Assembly: GCF_032191835.1 (NCBI RefSeq)
Contig: NC_083231.1
Coordinates: 22,444,001-22,508,000, forward strand
DNA from: Heteronotia binoei
Lineage: Eukaryota
Length of the DNA: 64,000 bases
Direction of reading: 5' to 3'
Part shown: positions 35,818 to 49,700 of the stretch, piece after piece
Layout of the letters: the number at the start of each line of letters is the position of its first letter
How positions within the stretch are numbered: position 1 is the first letter of the stretch
Translations under genes and position numbers: made by a program
The notes under the pieces: model-generated
Seen by the model: only the letters and a program-made list of their open reading frames with translations
The model's database searches: none
Told to the model about the DNA's origin: nothing

Positions 35818-36879
35818 GTACACTACACAGGATGGGGGCTGCAAGGACTCATCAATTGATAACAACTGGGAAATTTTCCCCTTCTAAGTTCTTGGGGACT
35901 TAAGCAGGCCAGTTTCCCCTTCCACTACTCTGATACTCAACTGCTCTCGAAATTATGTCCTTTCTGGTGGCAAGAAGTACATTCAAACATAAAACCATTT
36001 TAAGTGCCCCCCCCCATTCACACATTACTCTTTTCTGTTTACACGAGGCAGATGTAACCTGGCTATGGGTCATCCCATTTCACTCATCTGATAGGCATTC
36101 TACCATTAAGTCTGAAGTTTGGGCAAGAGGTAAAGAACTATTCCATCTGGTTGCACATTATTAAGATCATTGCCTACCCTACATGAATCCCAGCAAAAAC
36201 GCTCAACTCCTACAACCAGGGCTGTAGCCAGGAAGAGTACTTGCAGTGCTTTATTTAGTGGAGCCCGCAGCAGCATTTTTTGTTTGGGGGGTCCAGGGGT
36301 CCACCCGATTTGGCCCTAAACATTTCTCCTTCCTCCCCTCCCTGTGCCAATCTGAAGCCCATACGATGCTTCACTTGTTCAGAGTGGCAGTGAGCAAAGC
36401 GGGCAGATTGGAGGCCCTCCAATGGAGGGGCCATACAGATAGAAGGGAAGGTTGAATGGAGTGGCCTGCCCCCCCGGGCCCCACTGTAGCTACAAGTCTG
36501 CCTACAACATTCATTCTTTCCACTCTTCCCATGTCAAAGGCAGGAACATAAGATGGGAGATCCCTCCAGTGGGCAATTTATCAATGCCCCCCCCCCCACT
36601 GGAAGAAGTATCCAGGCATCCCCCTCCACATGCCAAATCAAGCTCAAAGACACCTGTCCCCAAGGTTTATAATCTATTAAACTACCATTTGCATTAGAAT
36701 TCCCATGAGCTGTTCAGTATACAACTTCTTGTTGAAAAGTTGAGACTAAAAATAAGTTCAATGTGTTAGTGCACCTCAGAAACAGAATATATACCAGGTG
36801 AAGATATCACTTCATAGTGTGTTCTACAGTGTTCCTGTATTTCCCTTATTTGTCTTTCTGGCTGTCCATCAACAATATA

Positions 36880-37600
36880 TACGGCTAAACATTTACCCCA
36901 TCTTTGCCGTTTGCTTCATCTGTCCTCTAAACAGGATGACCTCCTTTTTAAGGAAACATGTTTTCTCTGTTGTTCTCCTAAGTCCTACCAAAAACCTCCT
37001 TTTGAAGGAAACATGTTTTCTCTCTTATTCTACTGAGTCCTACCAAAAACAAAGATGCAGAAAACTGATTACTTACGCAAATTTCATAACTGGTATGACT
37101 GGAAGGAGCACAATTTGCTAACTTTGCTGAAACTGAAACTACACAGGTCTGCAGAAGAATTGGTGTTTGTATGGCAGACACCTGAAGCCCTATGCATGTC
37201 CTCTTGTGTTCTATGATGGGAAAAAGGCTTTATTTTGAGTGATGTGGAAGAGCACAGAGAGCCCCATTAATGCTATGTTGCTGAAAGAAGGAATATTCTC
37301 AAGTCAATTCTTCCTTAGAGGGATCAAGTTAAATTATGTCTGCCGCTGCCCTGTGTGCACATAGCCCTCCATCCTTCTAATACAATGCAGTTTAACAATT
37401 CAGCAACAATCTGCCAGAAGCAAACTGCATTACGCATCATGGAACCTACATGCAACATGTTCACCTTCCAGAATCAATCTCTGTCACCATTCATAAGACA
37501 TCACAATGCATGAAAGCAATTCAAGTTCAACTTCAGCAGCCTATTTCTACACTTCTTCTTTTTTTTTTAATATAATGCATGTATACCATCTTGTCACACT
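36880..37600 (-). pseudogene. LONRF exon-3/4-like remnants (second block)
   Basis: ELLSCIV and ELLNCIVLE resemble FLQCLALDE. QRKHVSLKRRSSCLED resembles QEKGVLLKRKLSLLEQ. Stops and local tandem duplications. Confidence 0.55.
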
Positions 37601-37616
37601 ATTAATCTGAACTTAC

Positions 37617-37735
37617 TTCAGACCAATTTGGCACTTCATCTATCCCAGCAGCCAGGTCATTGAGGGCCAATTGAAATTGCTGGAGGGCAGCATAGGATTC
37701 AGCTTGGTTTACGAGGAGCATCGAGCCACCAGGAT
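37617..37735 (-). pseudogene. LONRF exon-2-like segment, open, with canonical splice sites
   Basis: TTTTTAG|...|GTAAGT, 119 bp, phase 1 to 0. (D)PGGSMLLVNQAESYAALQQFQLALNDLAAGIDEVPNWSE aligns without gaps to LONRF1 PSDLIVKIYRAESYAGLQEFKAAIEDLNAVLFQLPDWPE. Confidence 0.85.
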
Positions 37736-37809
37736 CTAAAAATCAAGATTTCCATTTCGTTATGCAACTCTAGAACACAAGTTATGTAACTTTCTGTAAT
37801 TCAAAATAC

Positions 37810-38070
37810 ACCTGTAAGTGCAGGCTTGGAAAACAATCTGCCATTTTAGGAAAATAAAGTGAAATTTCTAAAAACCAATCCAGAAGCCTGACCTTTTGGT
37901 ATTTAACTCTTCAAAGATCATTCTCAGATAAAAGTGTAAAACCACATCACTGGAGAAATTGCAAGGGAACTGGTACAGATGTACATTGCTGGATAGAATA
38001 TCCAAAAACACAACCCTTTTGGAGAAGAGTATTAAAAGAAATTCAAAGTATAACTGGACAGCAAATAAAT
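37810..38070 (-). pseudogene. LONRF post-RING helix remnant
   Basis: NFSSDVVLHFYLRMIFEELNTKR resembles the helix after LONRF RINGs. Preceded by degenerate CPVIL..KGC..QC. Confidence 0.4.
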
Positions 38071-38717
38071 TTCTCTCCAGAATCATTGCTTTTAAACTTA
38101 AAGATGGAACATAAAGTAACTAAAAGGATACAGATAATAATTATGTTACCTTTATATGCAGCTAGAAAGATTATAGCAACTAATTCGAAAACAGGAAAAA
38201 AAATCTAACTATTTTGTGTCTTTGGCACAAAAATATTTGGGAAAAAATATATAATGGCAAAACTTAATGATAAAATTAATCTATAACTACTATAGATACT
38301 CTAACAGATTTTGAGGCACTATGTTTTCAATAGTGTTATATTTAAATCTTTAATAGGAGATTTGAGATATCATAAATATATCACATTTGTAGTAACAATT
38401 CATTATAATTTTTGTAAAATAACAGAATTAACATTGAGTATTTGTCCATCTTGTATTTGTCAAACAGTCTATATAATTGTTTAAAAACAATGTATTGTAT
38501 AATTAATTACAGCTCCCCTCTGGTGGAACCAATTACCAGAAGAGGTGCGGGCCTTGCAAAACCTTGCCCAGTTCCACAAGGCCTGCAAAACTACCCTCTT
38601 CCAGCTGGCTTTTTCTTAATGTGGAATCTACTGTAGAAGACTACCGCCACCATGGAAAAAAAATACTGAAAGATGCGTAACATCAAGATTTTAGCATCAA
38701 AATGAAGTTAGATTGGG

Positions 38718-38927
38718 GAAGGACGGTGGCTCAGTGGTAGAGCATCTGCTTGGTAAGCAGAAGGTCCCAGGTTCAATCCCCGGCATCTCCAACTGAAAAG
38801 GGTCCAGGCAAATACGTGTGAAAAACCTTAGCTTGAGACCCTGGAGAGCCGCTGGCAGTCTGAGTAGACAATACTGACTTTGATGGACTGAGGGTCTGAT
38901 TCAGTATAAGGCAGCTTCATATGTTCA
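38718..38927 (+). mobile_element. tRNA-derived SINE (Squam2-like)
   Basis: GGTGGCTCAGTGGTAGAGCATCTG A box and GGTTCAATCCC B box. Tail GGCAGCTTCATATGTTC. Confidence 0.85.
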
Positions 38928-40294
38928 TAGATGGTTTTAATGTATATGGTTTTAAATGTATGATTTATAATATATATGTATGATTTATGAGGCTGTTTTA
39001 ACTGCTGATGTGTTTTATACTATGTTATGCTATGTGAGCCGCCCTGAGCCTGCCTCGGCATGGATGGCGGGATACAAATTAAATATTATTATATTAATTA
39101 GTATATTATTATATTATAAATATAATGTATAACATAGAAATTTAATAAAATGCATAATAAATAACCCAATACAGAAACCATTCCCCAAACTGAATATATC
39201 TAATACAAAAATTAGAATATTCAACCAAGTTTGATTCTTTTATGTTCTTAAAACCTTGCTATAAAATATATTTCTCCTAAAAAGCCAGTAGACACTTTTG
39301 ACATATTCCTATTCAAATAAGCCTTTTGAAAATAGCTCAAATCTACACTATATATTTACATAAAACTGAAGAAAACATTGTATTTTGTGGTTGCAGGGCA
39401 AGATCAGCAATATACTTTAACAATATGAAAACAAAACAGTAGAGTGTTTTTAAGCTGCAGGAATGTTTCTGAAAATAAGTGTACAATTGCCCTAGGCAAT
39501 GATCACTCAATCACAATCCACAAGCTGTACTAGGGTTGCCAAGTCCAATTTAAGAAATATCTGGGGACTTTGGGGGTGGAGCCAGGAGACTTTGGGGGTG
39601 GAGCCAGGAGCAAGGAAGTGACATCACTTCCAAGTCAAAGGTCAAGTGATGTCACTTCCTGAACTTCACTCCTCTATATCACTTCCAGCACACTGCATCA
39701 AACCCCACCTCTAAAACCCTTCATGGGGGTTTAGGAATCCTAATTTCTACATCACTTAAATTGAATGTGTCCATCTAAAAAATTCAAACCCATGGCCAAT
39801 GGCTATCCTCCTACACTTCAAAATGGGGTCTCTTCTAATACTAAATATATATATCCCTCCCCAGCAAAAATAATCAGATATAGCAAGGTGCTGTAATTAA
39901 TCTGAATTTTTTATTGAAGAACTTTTATTAGATACTCCAGCACACCTGATTCTAAAGGGGGGGGGGGGAGAGACTTTAGTGCTAGACTCAATTCAAATGA
40001 TAAGATTCTAATTGACAAATTTGGATGAAAGCTTGCTAAATAATGTCACTTAATTCAAAACAGATATGGGCTTCCCTCTTAAACAGTGGAAGCCATTCCC
40101 AACCTAGTAAGACTTAGTTACTGCTGTCTTCTCAGGTCAAACACAATTACAAGCCTAAGTAGCTCTATCATACCTCTGGTAATTCTGTGGTCAGGTATTT
40201 CTCAGTTGCATTCTCTTTGCCACAAAAAAGAATTTGTAGCTCTTTATGCTTCAGGAACTTGGCAATTTGGAAGCTTAAGATAATTCACACCAGA

Positions 40295-40430
40295 GAAAAC
40301 TCTTATATGCACACTAGAGCATATTATGTCCTCCTCTATGTCTAGCAATTGGGAGTGGAGGTTTGCATATATCACCCCTACCAAAAATCCTAATAAGCAG
40401 CTCTGGTTACCATCATGTAATAGAATAGCT
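40295..40430 (-). pseudogene. LONRF exon-5-like remnant (start of RING2), first block
   Basis: YANLHSQLLDIEEDIICS aligns to YGDIPEELIDVSDFECS. Confidence 0.55.
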
Positions 40431-41606
40431 CTAGGGTTGCCAGGACCTGTCACTGACCAGAGGCAGGAGTAGGGTTGCCAGCTCCAGGTTGGGGTATTCC
40501 TGGAGACTTGGAGGTGGAGCCTGGGGAGGACACGGAACTCAGTGGATTACAATGCTCCCAAAGTCCACCCTCCAAAGCATCCATTTTCTCCAGCAGAAAT
40601 TGACTTTGTAATCTGGAGATATGCCATAATTCCAGGAAATACTTTCAAGTATCAGTTATTCATCTTTTCATTTAGTGGGATTAGAAAAGAACACAATATC
40701 AAAACAATATCTGCAGTACTGCATTTAGAACACCTGAGACTCAGAAGCAATGCTCCCTCTAAGCTGTGGGGTCATGTGAGCAAAAAATCTACTTTGTGAG
40801 CTATTGGCATTGAAGTCATGAGCTCCTGCATAAATTAGTTTCATGTGGGGCCATTTTTCCTGAGCTAAGACCAAAATGTGTGAGCTGGAGACTAAAAACT
40901 GAACTAGCTCACACTAACTCAGCTTAGAGGAAACATTGCTCAAAAATATGTTTAAAAGTCATCTAGAACCAACATATTCATAATGCAATAAACTATATTG
41001 CTTCCTTTTCACAAAAAATACAATTCCTGTCAAACTATCTGATCTTTACCTGGAAAATCCCTCCCCCCAGTCGTTATAGGAATGGTTTGTTTGGTGTGTT
41101 TGTTGTGATAAAAAACCTGCTATATCTTAAGGGGGGGGGAAGGAGAGCAGGATAATTAACTCAGCAAAACAATGCTAGCAAATAAAAATAGGTTAGTTTT
41201 AACACCCATTTTCTCAAGTGAAAATGACTTCTGTAATCTGCAAATCAGTTGAATAAATATGCTTGCATATGAAAAAATATACCTTGAATTAAACTTTGTT
41301 GGTCTTAAAGGTGCCACTGGGTTCAAAGTTTTAGCAAGGTTTTAAAAATTAAGACAAATTTCTTCAGAATGTTCCAGACACCCGGGCCAGCATATACCAA
41401 AGTTAAGCTGAACATGGGGTAGCCAAAGGCAATAAAAGCAGAGGAGGCAATAAATCAGATAAGACAATGAAAAAATAAACAGTCTCCACAAGAACACAAG
41501 GCTGGGACTGCGCTTAGCCCAGCCAGGCTGAGAAGCACATAAAATGAAAACTTAAGCACTCTAAACCGATACCTTAAATCATTTAAAATCAAGCTTTAGA
41601 AAGCAC

Positions 41607-41898
41607 CTTAGTCGCAGAGCAAAACAGCGTCAGAAGACTACTCCTTGCCTGCACTTCCTGTTCTGGAAGAGAGGCTTTTCTTCTTAAAGGCAAAACAACC
41701 CCAAAAGTTCTCAATAAGTATTCTACTGCAAAGTTCTGCAGAAGTTGCTGCTGACAGGTTGAGGGCAAGGCAGTTTATCAGTTCATGCATCATTCAAAAT
41801 CTCATCAAGAACACCTCATGCCTTTCTGTTCTGCAGTGAAGGCACAGAGCAGGTTTGTGTGACGAGAAAATGTTTGCTAGATCTCCCTCTCTCTGTGC
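41607..41898 (-). pseudogene. LONRF exon-4-like remnant, first block
   Basis: CCTTCCAG acceptor. GVVLPLRRKASLPEQEV resembles GVLLKRKLSLLEQDV. Confidence 0.55.
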
Positions 41899-43391
41899 CT
41901 GGAAGGAATGTTTATTTACACACCAACCACCTCTACAAATCTTCTTTACTAACAGGACAGGACACACACACACACACCCTCCCTTCCCTTCTTTTTCGGC
42001 TCTTGCTTAGCATGCCTGGGTGAGGACTGGAGTCCAGTGCCGAGCCTTCGGTGGGTGCAGGGAATCAGGCAGGCTCTCTCCGGAGAGTGGCATGAAGTTC
42101 CCCCCCTCCCCCCGCTTCTGGACTTTTGGAGACCGGGGGAGGAGGCTATAAATTCTGGAGTCCCCCGCCAGGGCGGGGGGGTTGGGAAGCCTAAGCTGTA
42201 CCATAAATGCAGTACTGGCAATTTCCATAATTATGACTCCAGAGCTACTTGGCTAGCCTCAGTCACACAACTTGATCATTAGGAAGTGCTGGATTGAGAT
42301 ATAATAGAATTATAAATAGTCACAACCTTTGGCTTTCTTGAAGCTTGCCCTTGCTCCTGCAGTGTATTATACTAAGTACAGATAACTTTTAGTCTGGGTG
42401 TACCAACAATGCATTCTAAAAAGTTATGGACATACTGAGGTACCAGCTTTGGCTTACCAAATATATGTGAAGCAAGTATTAAGTGCTACTATGGGGTGTT
42501 AGACTGAAATGTGGCCAGTAAGACTAATTTTAGAAGAAACTTCCTACATTGTAAGAATGTAAGTTATCCAGAACTTGGAGTTTATGAATGTCACAGGATA
42601 CAATAAATTACTAACAAGTGCTGTGTTAGGCAGGCTTTGTGGCGAAATAGTTTTCATATGCCACCAGTAAATGTGTTTGCCATAGAGTGGGTTTCTGGTT
42701 TTGCTGCAAAACCAACCAACTCTAATGTCCTATGAATATGGCAGAATATGTTGAGTCTCTAACTCAGGATCTCAACTGAGAAGTCAAAAGCCCCCCCTGT
42801 ATCAAACTGATTCTCTACTGCTACTGGCTTAAATTATGGATAACATACTTGCACATCAATATGTCTAATTCTCAATGTGGTCAAACCTGTAGATATTTAA
42901 GTCCAGAGACTAGAGCCAGAACAGACCCTTCTATGAAGCTGAAAACTGCCCCACATTGACAGAAAAATCTGAAATCTTAAAAAACCCCAACTCCAATACA
43001 TTAGGGGGCTAAACACTGAGGGCTGAAATAGAACCTGTAGCTTTAAGAAACAAATGCCCCCAGTAGCCATTGATAGGCAGTCACGACAATACAGACAGCT
43101 TTCAAACCCTCATTTTTATCAGTAAAAGGCATTGGGGGAGGGGGAGAGCTTTTTCAGGCCTGTTGGGGCCTTTGAGGGAGAACTCATGGGACCAGGCCTG
43201 GCAGCAACCACCAGGCAACTCAATACAAGGCAACTTACAGAACTCACCCAGGAGCGGTTGCTTATTTAGAGCTATATCCCAAGAGCATCAATCTCATAAC
43301 AGAGAATACCACCCACTAACAACCTGCTTCTCACTGGCCCCTCTGCACAAAGGTTAAGACTTCAATTTAATGTCACTCTTTTGATGCTATA

Positions 43392-43690
43392 AGATCCTCG
43401 TGGCGCAGAGTGTTAAAGCTGCAGTACTGCAGTCCTAAGCTCTGCTCACGACCTGAGTTCAATCCCCGACAGAAGCTGGGTTTTCAGGTAGCTGGTTCTA
43501 GGTTGACTCAGCCTTCCATCCTTCCGATGTCGGTAAAATGAGTACCCAGCTGCTGGGGGAAAGTGCAGATGACTGGGAAGGCAATGGCAAACCACCACAT
43601 AAAGTGTCTGCCGTGAAAACGTTGTAAAAGCAACGTCACCCCAGAGTCGGAAACGACTGGTGCTTGCACAGGGGACCTTTCCTTTCCTTT
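43392..43690 (+). mobile_element. Sauria SINE
   Basis: CCTCGTGGCGCAGAGTG..GAGTTCAATCCC head. 3' end GGTGCTTGCACAGGGGACCTTTCCTTTCC. Confidence 0.92.
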
Positions 43691-43719
43691 TCCTTTTGAT
43701 GCTATACAGAAATGGTAGA

Positions 43720-43830
43720 TCCAGGTAGGCAGCCGTGTTGGCCTGAAGCAACAGAACAAAGTCGGAGTGTCCAGAAGCACCTTTAAGACTTTGTTGGTCT
43801 TAAAAGTGCTACTGGACTCCAACTTTGTTC
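43720..43830. mobile_element. Penelope-like terminal remnant
   Basis: CCAGGTAGGCAGCCGTGTTGG..CACCTTTAAGAC. Related copies at ~41290, 54610-55050 and 55855-55920. Confidence 0.5.
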
Positions 43831-45012
43831 TATACAGAAATGGTATGAGCCTTACACAGCTTCAGAGTCTGAAAACATCTGTATTAGGCTTTATGGTTTG
43901 AAGTGTGGCTGTCTGGTAATACATTCATAAACAAATGCATACAATATATGAATCAATATGGAACATAAAATACCATAACCACCAAAGAACAAATCTTACA
44001 TTGTCTAAATATTTCTATCTATAACATTCACAAAGAATACGAATCCAACTTAGCTGCATAAAATCGCAGGAGTTAGCAGACAAAAATCCATCACAGAGTG
44101 ATACAAGAACATCTATGATTAAGCCAGCCAGAATTTCTTTCATTCAACATTATGAGTATTTTTCCAATGCTAAACATGCTGCAAAGTGAATATTTAGTCT
44201 AATCACATTCCCTGACCTCACTATCCCCCCTATCTTTTCAAAGCACTTTGTGGTGAAAGGCCCAACAGACCCCTCAATGATGTCACCAATATTATACAAC
44301 AACCTTGTCCTCTTCCGCAGTTCCATTTGCTTATGCAACTAGCCCCAGCCTCCTGTGAACCATTTCAGTTGAGCACTTAAGACCGAAAACAGAACTCAAG
44401 CTAAGAGTAATGCACCAGCATCACTATTCCAACCTAGTTTCACAGTCAACAGACTTTAAAGCATACTGGCTAGCCCCACCTTCAGTACCAATTTGTCTGG
44501 CTCACTAATTTAAGAATACAGAAGCAGCTCCCCCCACCCCCGGTCTGTTCATTCAAAAATAGATTTTTATATTACTGAAGAAAATGTGTACAGACTGTTT
44601 AATCAGCATCCTATTAAAGGATGACAGCTGTATAGCAGTCCCTGGAATATGTCTAACAAAGATACCTTCGAACTTCACCTACTAATAAATGCCAAGGATT
44701 TACTGAAACCACTGAAAAGTTTAGAAAGAAACTGACACACAACTGCACTCTCCTCTAATAGCGATGGTGACAGGAAGCTGACAAGTACCTACCCCAATGG
44801 AAAGACTGGGAAGATTTCTTAAACATGCATCCCTACCCCTTTACTCCACAGTTCCCCACACAGGAATAGCCACTTAGAATTCCTTTTAAACACTAAGGGG
44901 GGGGGGGGGCGCGGCGACGCGGAAGATGGTGGACGCTTGAAGCGGCGGCTCCCGGCTCACAGTCCCTTTCCGCTCCTCCCGCTCCCGTCTCCAGCTGATT
45001 TCTTCACCTGGC

Positions 45013-45984
45013 ATGGGCAAACGAACTGCAGGGAACACCAAGGCAGCCAAGAAAACTCCCGCGAAAGCCGCACCGACGCAGCAGGTACTAAACTTTCTTC
45101 CAACGAGCCCCGGGCCCTTACCTCATTCAGAAATGGCATCTAGCCCTTCCCCCGGCCCCGCTCAGGAAGAGGGCTCTTTACTAACAACTCAAACATTCCA
45201 AGCGGCTATTTCACGCTTGGAGGACACAATAGGGGAGAAAATTAGCAAAGCTATTACCCCCATACAATCAGAACTAAAAAAAATCAACGAAACGCTTTCA
45301 GCAGTCACTCAAACCGCAGACTCAGCGCTGGAAATGGCTACGGTGGCCCATGACGCAATACAAGCCCTGCAAAGCTCAGACTTATGGCTCCATGAGAAGG
45401 TGCTTTACCTGGATAACAGATTAAGGGCTGCTAACCTGAAATTTAGAGGCCTGCCAGAACAGGCGGAAGAGAACCAGGAGGAAAAAATCTTTATTGCCTC
45501 GTGGCTTGCTTCAGCCCTCCACCTCCAAGATGGAGTCGCCCCTCTCATTGACTCTGCCTACCGTTTGGGGGCATTACAGCCCAAGTCAAAAGACTTTTCA
45601 AGGGATATACTTGCCACGGTTCCAGACTCCAGGACCAGATCCCTGATTTTACAGAGAGCCCGATCCGAAGAGGGCCTACTCTACAAGGGAAAAAAGATCC
45701 TGGTTCTAGCTGATCTTTCACCGGAAACCCTGCAACATAGAAAAGAAATGAAGCCGATTCTAAACGCTCTATTTGAGCATAAAATACGCTTTCGCTGGGC
45801 TTCTCCTATCCAGATACTGGTTGTCCACCAGGGCCTTCGGCTAACAGCTTCTGATTTTACCTCCGGCTGTGATCTTTTTAGACAACTGAACATTGACTCT
45901 CCTTCATCTCCTGAACCAAGTGGGGCTATTCCATCCCGTCCAACCAACCCACCGTTTTCTTTCAAGCCAAGAAGACGACGCTGA
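45013..45984 (+). CDS. L1 ORF1p (323 aa, open)
   Basis: LDNRLRAANLKFRGLPE..AYRLG..DLSPETLQHR. Confidence 0.9.
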   Translation: MGKRTAGNTKAAKKTPAKAAPTQQVLNFLPTSPGPLPHSEMASSPSPGPAQEEGSLLTTQTFQAAISRLEDTIGEKISKAITPIQSELKKINETLSAVTQTADSALEMATVAHDAIQALQSSDLWLHEKVLYLDNRLRAANLKFRGLPEQAEENQEEKIFIASWLASALHLQDGVAPLIDSAYRLGALQPKSKDFSRDILATVPDSRTRSLILQRARSEEGLLYKGKKILVLADLSPETLQHRKEMKPILNALFEHKIRFRWASPIQILVVHQGLRLTASDFTSGCDLFRQLNIDSPSSPEPSGAIPSRPTNPPFSFKPRRRR

Positions 45985-46701
45985 GTTCTCCATGGATGTT
46001 CAGTTCACTCCCTGCTACTTCCATCTCCTGCTACTGAACAGTTGTATTTGCACTACCCATGCCATTTTGTTCTAGTTTAAGGGAGCGGGGGTTATCCTCT
46101 CCTATTTTGTTATACTGTTAAGGGGACAGCCGGGATGTTCCTTCTTTTTGCTCCCCTCATATTAGATTGTATATTTCTTATATGCTGAGTAAAGTTGCAT
46201 TGTTTCCTGGTTGGAAACAATGAACAGTTTAGTAAGATTTATGTTGTTAATATTGTTGATTTGTTTTTTCAAGGGCAAAAGGTATTTTTTATTGTTGCTT
46301 ATTTACGGCCTTCTTCAGACAGTACTTTTTGACCAGCACTGGTATATTCTGGTATACTTTGGCCATGACTCACGAGTTCAATGGATCTCCCTAGCGGTGT
46401 TTTGGTTTTTGGAAATTTTTACATTTATACTGAAAAGTGGCTTGTGTTTGTTCAGATTGGTTCAGACAAATATGGTTGTTGTTGTGAACCTGGATTTTTA
46501 CAGTCAGGCCACCAAGCTTGGTACTCCCACCCCAACGTTCTCTCTTTGTTTATTCTGTGTTGTGAGAACAGGGAAAGTCTGGTCATTGTTTTCTGTTTCT
46601 TTTGCCTTTTCTCATTATTGCTATACAGAGTCCCAGTCTGGGCTTTATAGGTTTTATATGGATCCTAACAATGTTTCTCTTTACTTCAATGCATTTAAAT
46701 T

Positions 46702-49700
46702 ATGTCCGATTTAAAGTTACTTTCTCTTAACTGCAGAGGCCTTAACAAGCCCTTAAGCGGCTTTCTTCTGCTTTGACCAAACTGCAACCTGATCTTCTTT
46801 TCCTACAAGAAACCCACATTAAGTCTGCAAGCACCACTATACTTCGATCTAAGTGGTTCCATACACAGTATGTAGCTCCTGGTTCCTCTAAATCACGCGG
46901 AGTCGCCATCTTACTTTCAAAAAATACTCGGTTTGTTTTGTCGGCTCAAGAAGTCGATCCCCAAGGACGCTATATCTTTATAAAAGGTATGCTTAACGAC
47001 TCTCCTTTTACTCTGGTTTCCCTATATGCTCCCAATTCCTCACAAATCACCTTTATAAAAGACACGCTATCTAAACTTGCCCTTTTCCAAGAAGGGGCAG
47101 TCATTATAGGGGGGGACTTTAACCAAATTATAGACCCCAAGTGGGACAGATCATTTAAGCCACATTCTCCCCCAACTTCCCCCCCAGCACCTATGCAATC
47201 TGTCCTTCATAATTTTAACCTATGTGACATTTGGAGACTGCATAACCCAGGGGTTAAGGACTACACTTATTTTTTGGCATTACATAATACCTTTACAAGG
47301 ATTGATTATTTTCTTATTTCTCCCTCCTTATTGAACCAAGTTTCTCACACCAATATTGGCCTCAGGACACTTTCCGACCATGCTTGGTTGGAGTGCACAC
47401 TGCATGTTGGTTCTCAGGACAGGCCCTCATTTAATTGGACATTAAACAAATCACTCCTCCTGAACCAAGAATTTTGTACACAATTAGAGCGAGAGATCAA
47501 TTTTTATTTCAAAAATAACTTGGACTGTGGGGTTTCCAAAGAAATTGTGTGGGACGCAATGAAAGCTGTTCTGCGAGGCAAGTGTATCTCCTTGCATTCG
47601 GCCTACAAAAAAAGAAAATTAGAACTTAGTCAACTTATTTTAGACAATATTAAACATTTGGAACAAAAACACAAGCAAACCTGCTCTAATAAAGTTTACC
47701 AAAAACTTGTTCTTGAAAGACAAAAATTAGACTGATTGGAAACAAAAATCCTGGAAACATCTAATATTCGAAAAAACCTACTATTCGTGAAACAAAGATA
47801 TTGGTATAACCACCCCCGTTCGTTGAAGTTACTCTCGTGGAAACTCAGGAAAGAGCTAGGCGAAAGACAGATTAAGTGTCTTAGAGACAACTCTGGCAAA
47901 ATACACTCATCAAATAAAAAAATCTTGGACACCTTTCATCAGTTTTTCCAACAGCTATATACCTCGTCCAATCCTCCTTCTCACCTAATAGATTACTTTT
48001 TTCAAAACCAGAAGATCCTTTCCCAACTTTCCCACGAACACCAAGCCTTTTTAGATTCTACGATCTCTTCCCTTGAAGTCGCTGACGCCATTAAGGCCTC
48101 CAAAATCAATAAAACCCCAGGTAGAGATGGACTACCTTCAGAATTTTATAAAAAATTCAATCTTTCCCTGGTACCTCATCTTACCACTGTTTGCAATCTT
48201 GTTCTGGACTCCGGCTGTATGCCCCCCTCCTGGTCCCAGGCGAAAATAGTTATGATTCCCAAAAAGGACAAAGACCCATTAAATGTTAAATCTTACCGCC
48301 CCATTTCTTTATTAAATAACGATTATAAAATATTTACTTCTATTTTGACTGCTAGATTGAACACAATTATAGGGCTCTATATACACACCAACCAATCAGG
48401 ATTTATCCCGAATCGCGATATCACAGATAACACTAGACAAACAATTAACCTAATTCAATATTGCACTTTTCAGCCATACGACTCCTGCATTCTCGCCTTA
48501 GATATAGAGAAGGCCTTCGATAGTGTGGAACCTCTCTTCCTTAAAAAAGTCTTACATCACATGGGTTTCGGACCAAGGTTCAGAACGGTTATAGACTCTT
48601 TGTATTCCCGTCCATCTGCGTTTATACAAATCAATGGTCAACAGTCCCCCTCACTTATCCTAGAAAGAGGGACTCGTCAAGGGTGCCCCTTATCACCACT
48701 GCTATTCGCCATTGTCATAGAGCCCTTTGCAAACTTGATACGGCTTCCTCCAGAGATCACTGGTATCTCTGTCCAAAATTCTACTTTTAAAATAAGTTTA
48801 TTTGCTGATGATATAGTTTTATACATTACAAACCCACTACAGTCTATTAAAGCCGTTTCCTCTCTCTTGTCCGATTATAGTGAACTTTCAGGCCTTACAG
48901 TTAACCACTCGAAATCAATTCTCTACCCAATTAAAATTTCTGATACTTCTAAAAAAGACATAGTTGCAAACTACCCCTTTCATTGGGTCTCTGATTCCTG
49001 GTCCTATTTGGGGCTGAAAATCCCCTTAAATATAGCTGGCCTATTAAAAACTAACTACATGGCCACGGCTTCTGAGATTACTACCATGCTAAAGCAATGG
49101 GATAAGTTGCAACTATCCTGGATGGAAAGAATACATGTAATTAAATCCTTTATTTTCCCCAAGTTTTTATATCTTTTTCGGGCTCTTCCTATTGAGATTT
49201 CTCAGCCTATCTTAAAATCCTGGCAACAAATACTGACCTCTTTCATCTGGAAATACAAAAAACCTAGAATCAAAGTATCAACTCTATGCCGATCAAGACA
49301 AAAAGGTGGCCTAGCAGTTCCTGACATTGCAAAGTATTATAAAGCTACTATTTTATCCCAGATGACCAAAATATTGTACTAACATCCCCCGCCGCCGTGG
49401 ACGCCCATAGAGGAAGCTCACTTTACCCCACTGAAATATTACGAACTGTTATGGCTCAAGAAAAACGAACGCCCACCGTGGCAATTCATAAACCCATTCC
49501 TCAGGGCGCTCTTGTCAGTATGGGATTCGGAGCGTCATTTTCTGGCTCCAGGACTCTCTATTATTTCATCTTTTATAGGACAAAAATACTTTCTCCCTGC
49601 CCAACTACCCTTTTCTTTTAAGGTCTGGAGAGACTCTTCAAAAGTTTTCTTCTTTAATCTTCTTTCATTTTCTAAACAACTTTTACCTAAAAATGACTTG

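Noticed and set aside
38718-38795. tRNA gene
   Set aside because: The A/B boxes run into a SINE body and tail. It is a tRNA-derived SINE head, as are the examples at 2503, 43392 and 62950.
44100-44340. TPR exon-3-like segment (LRKRTRLLYNIG..FAACLALEK)
   Set aside because: Only patchy similarity and no clear splice sites. Not listed as a feature, although it would fit the duplicated-block model.
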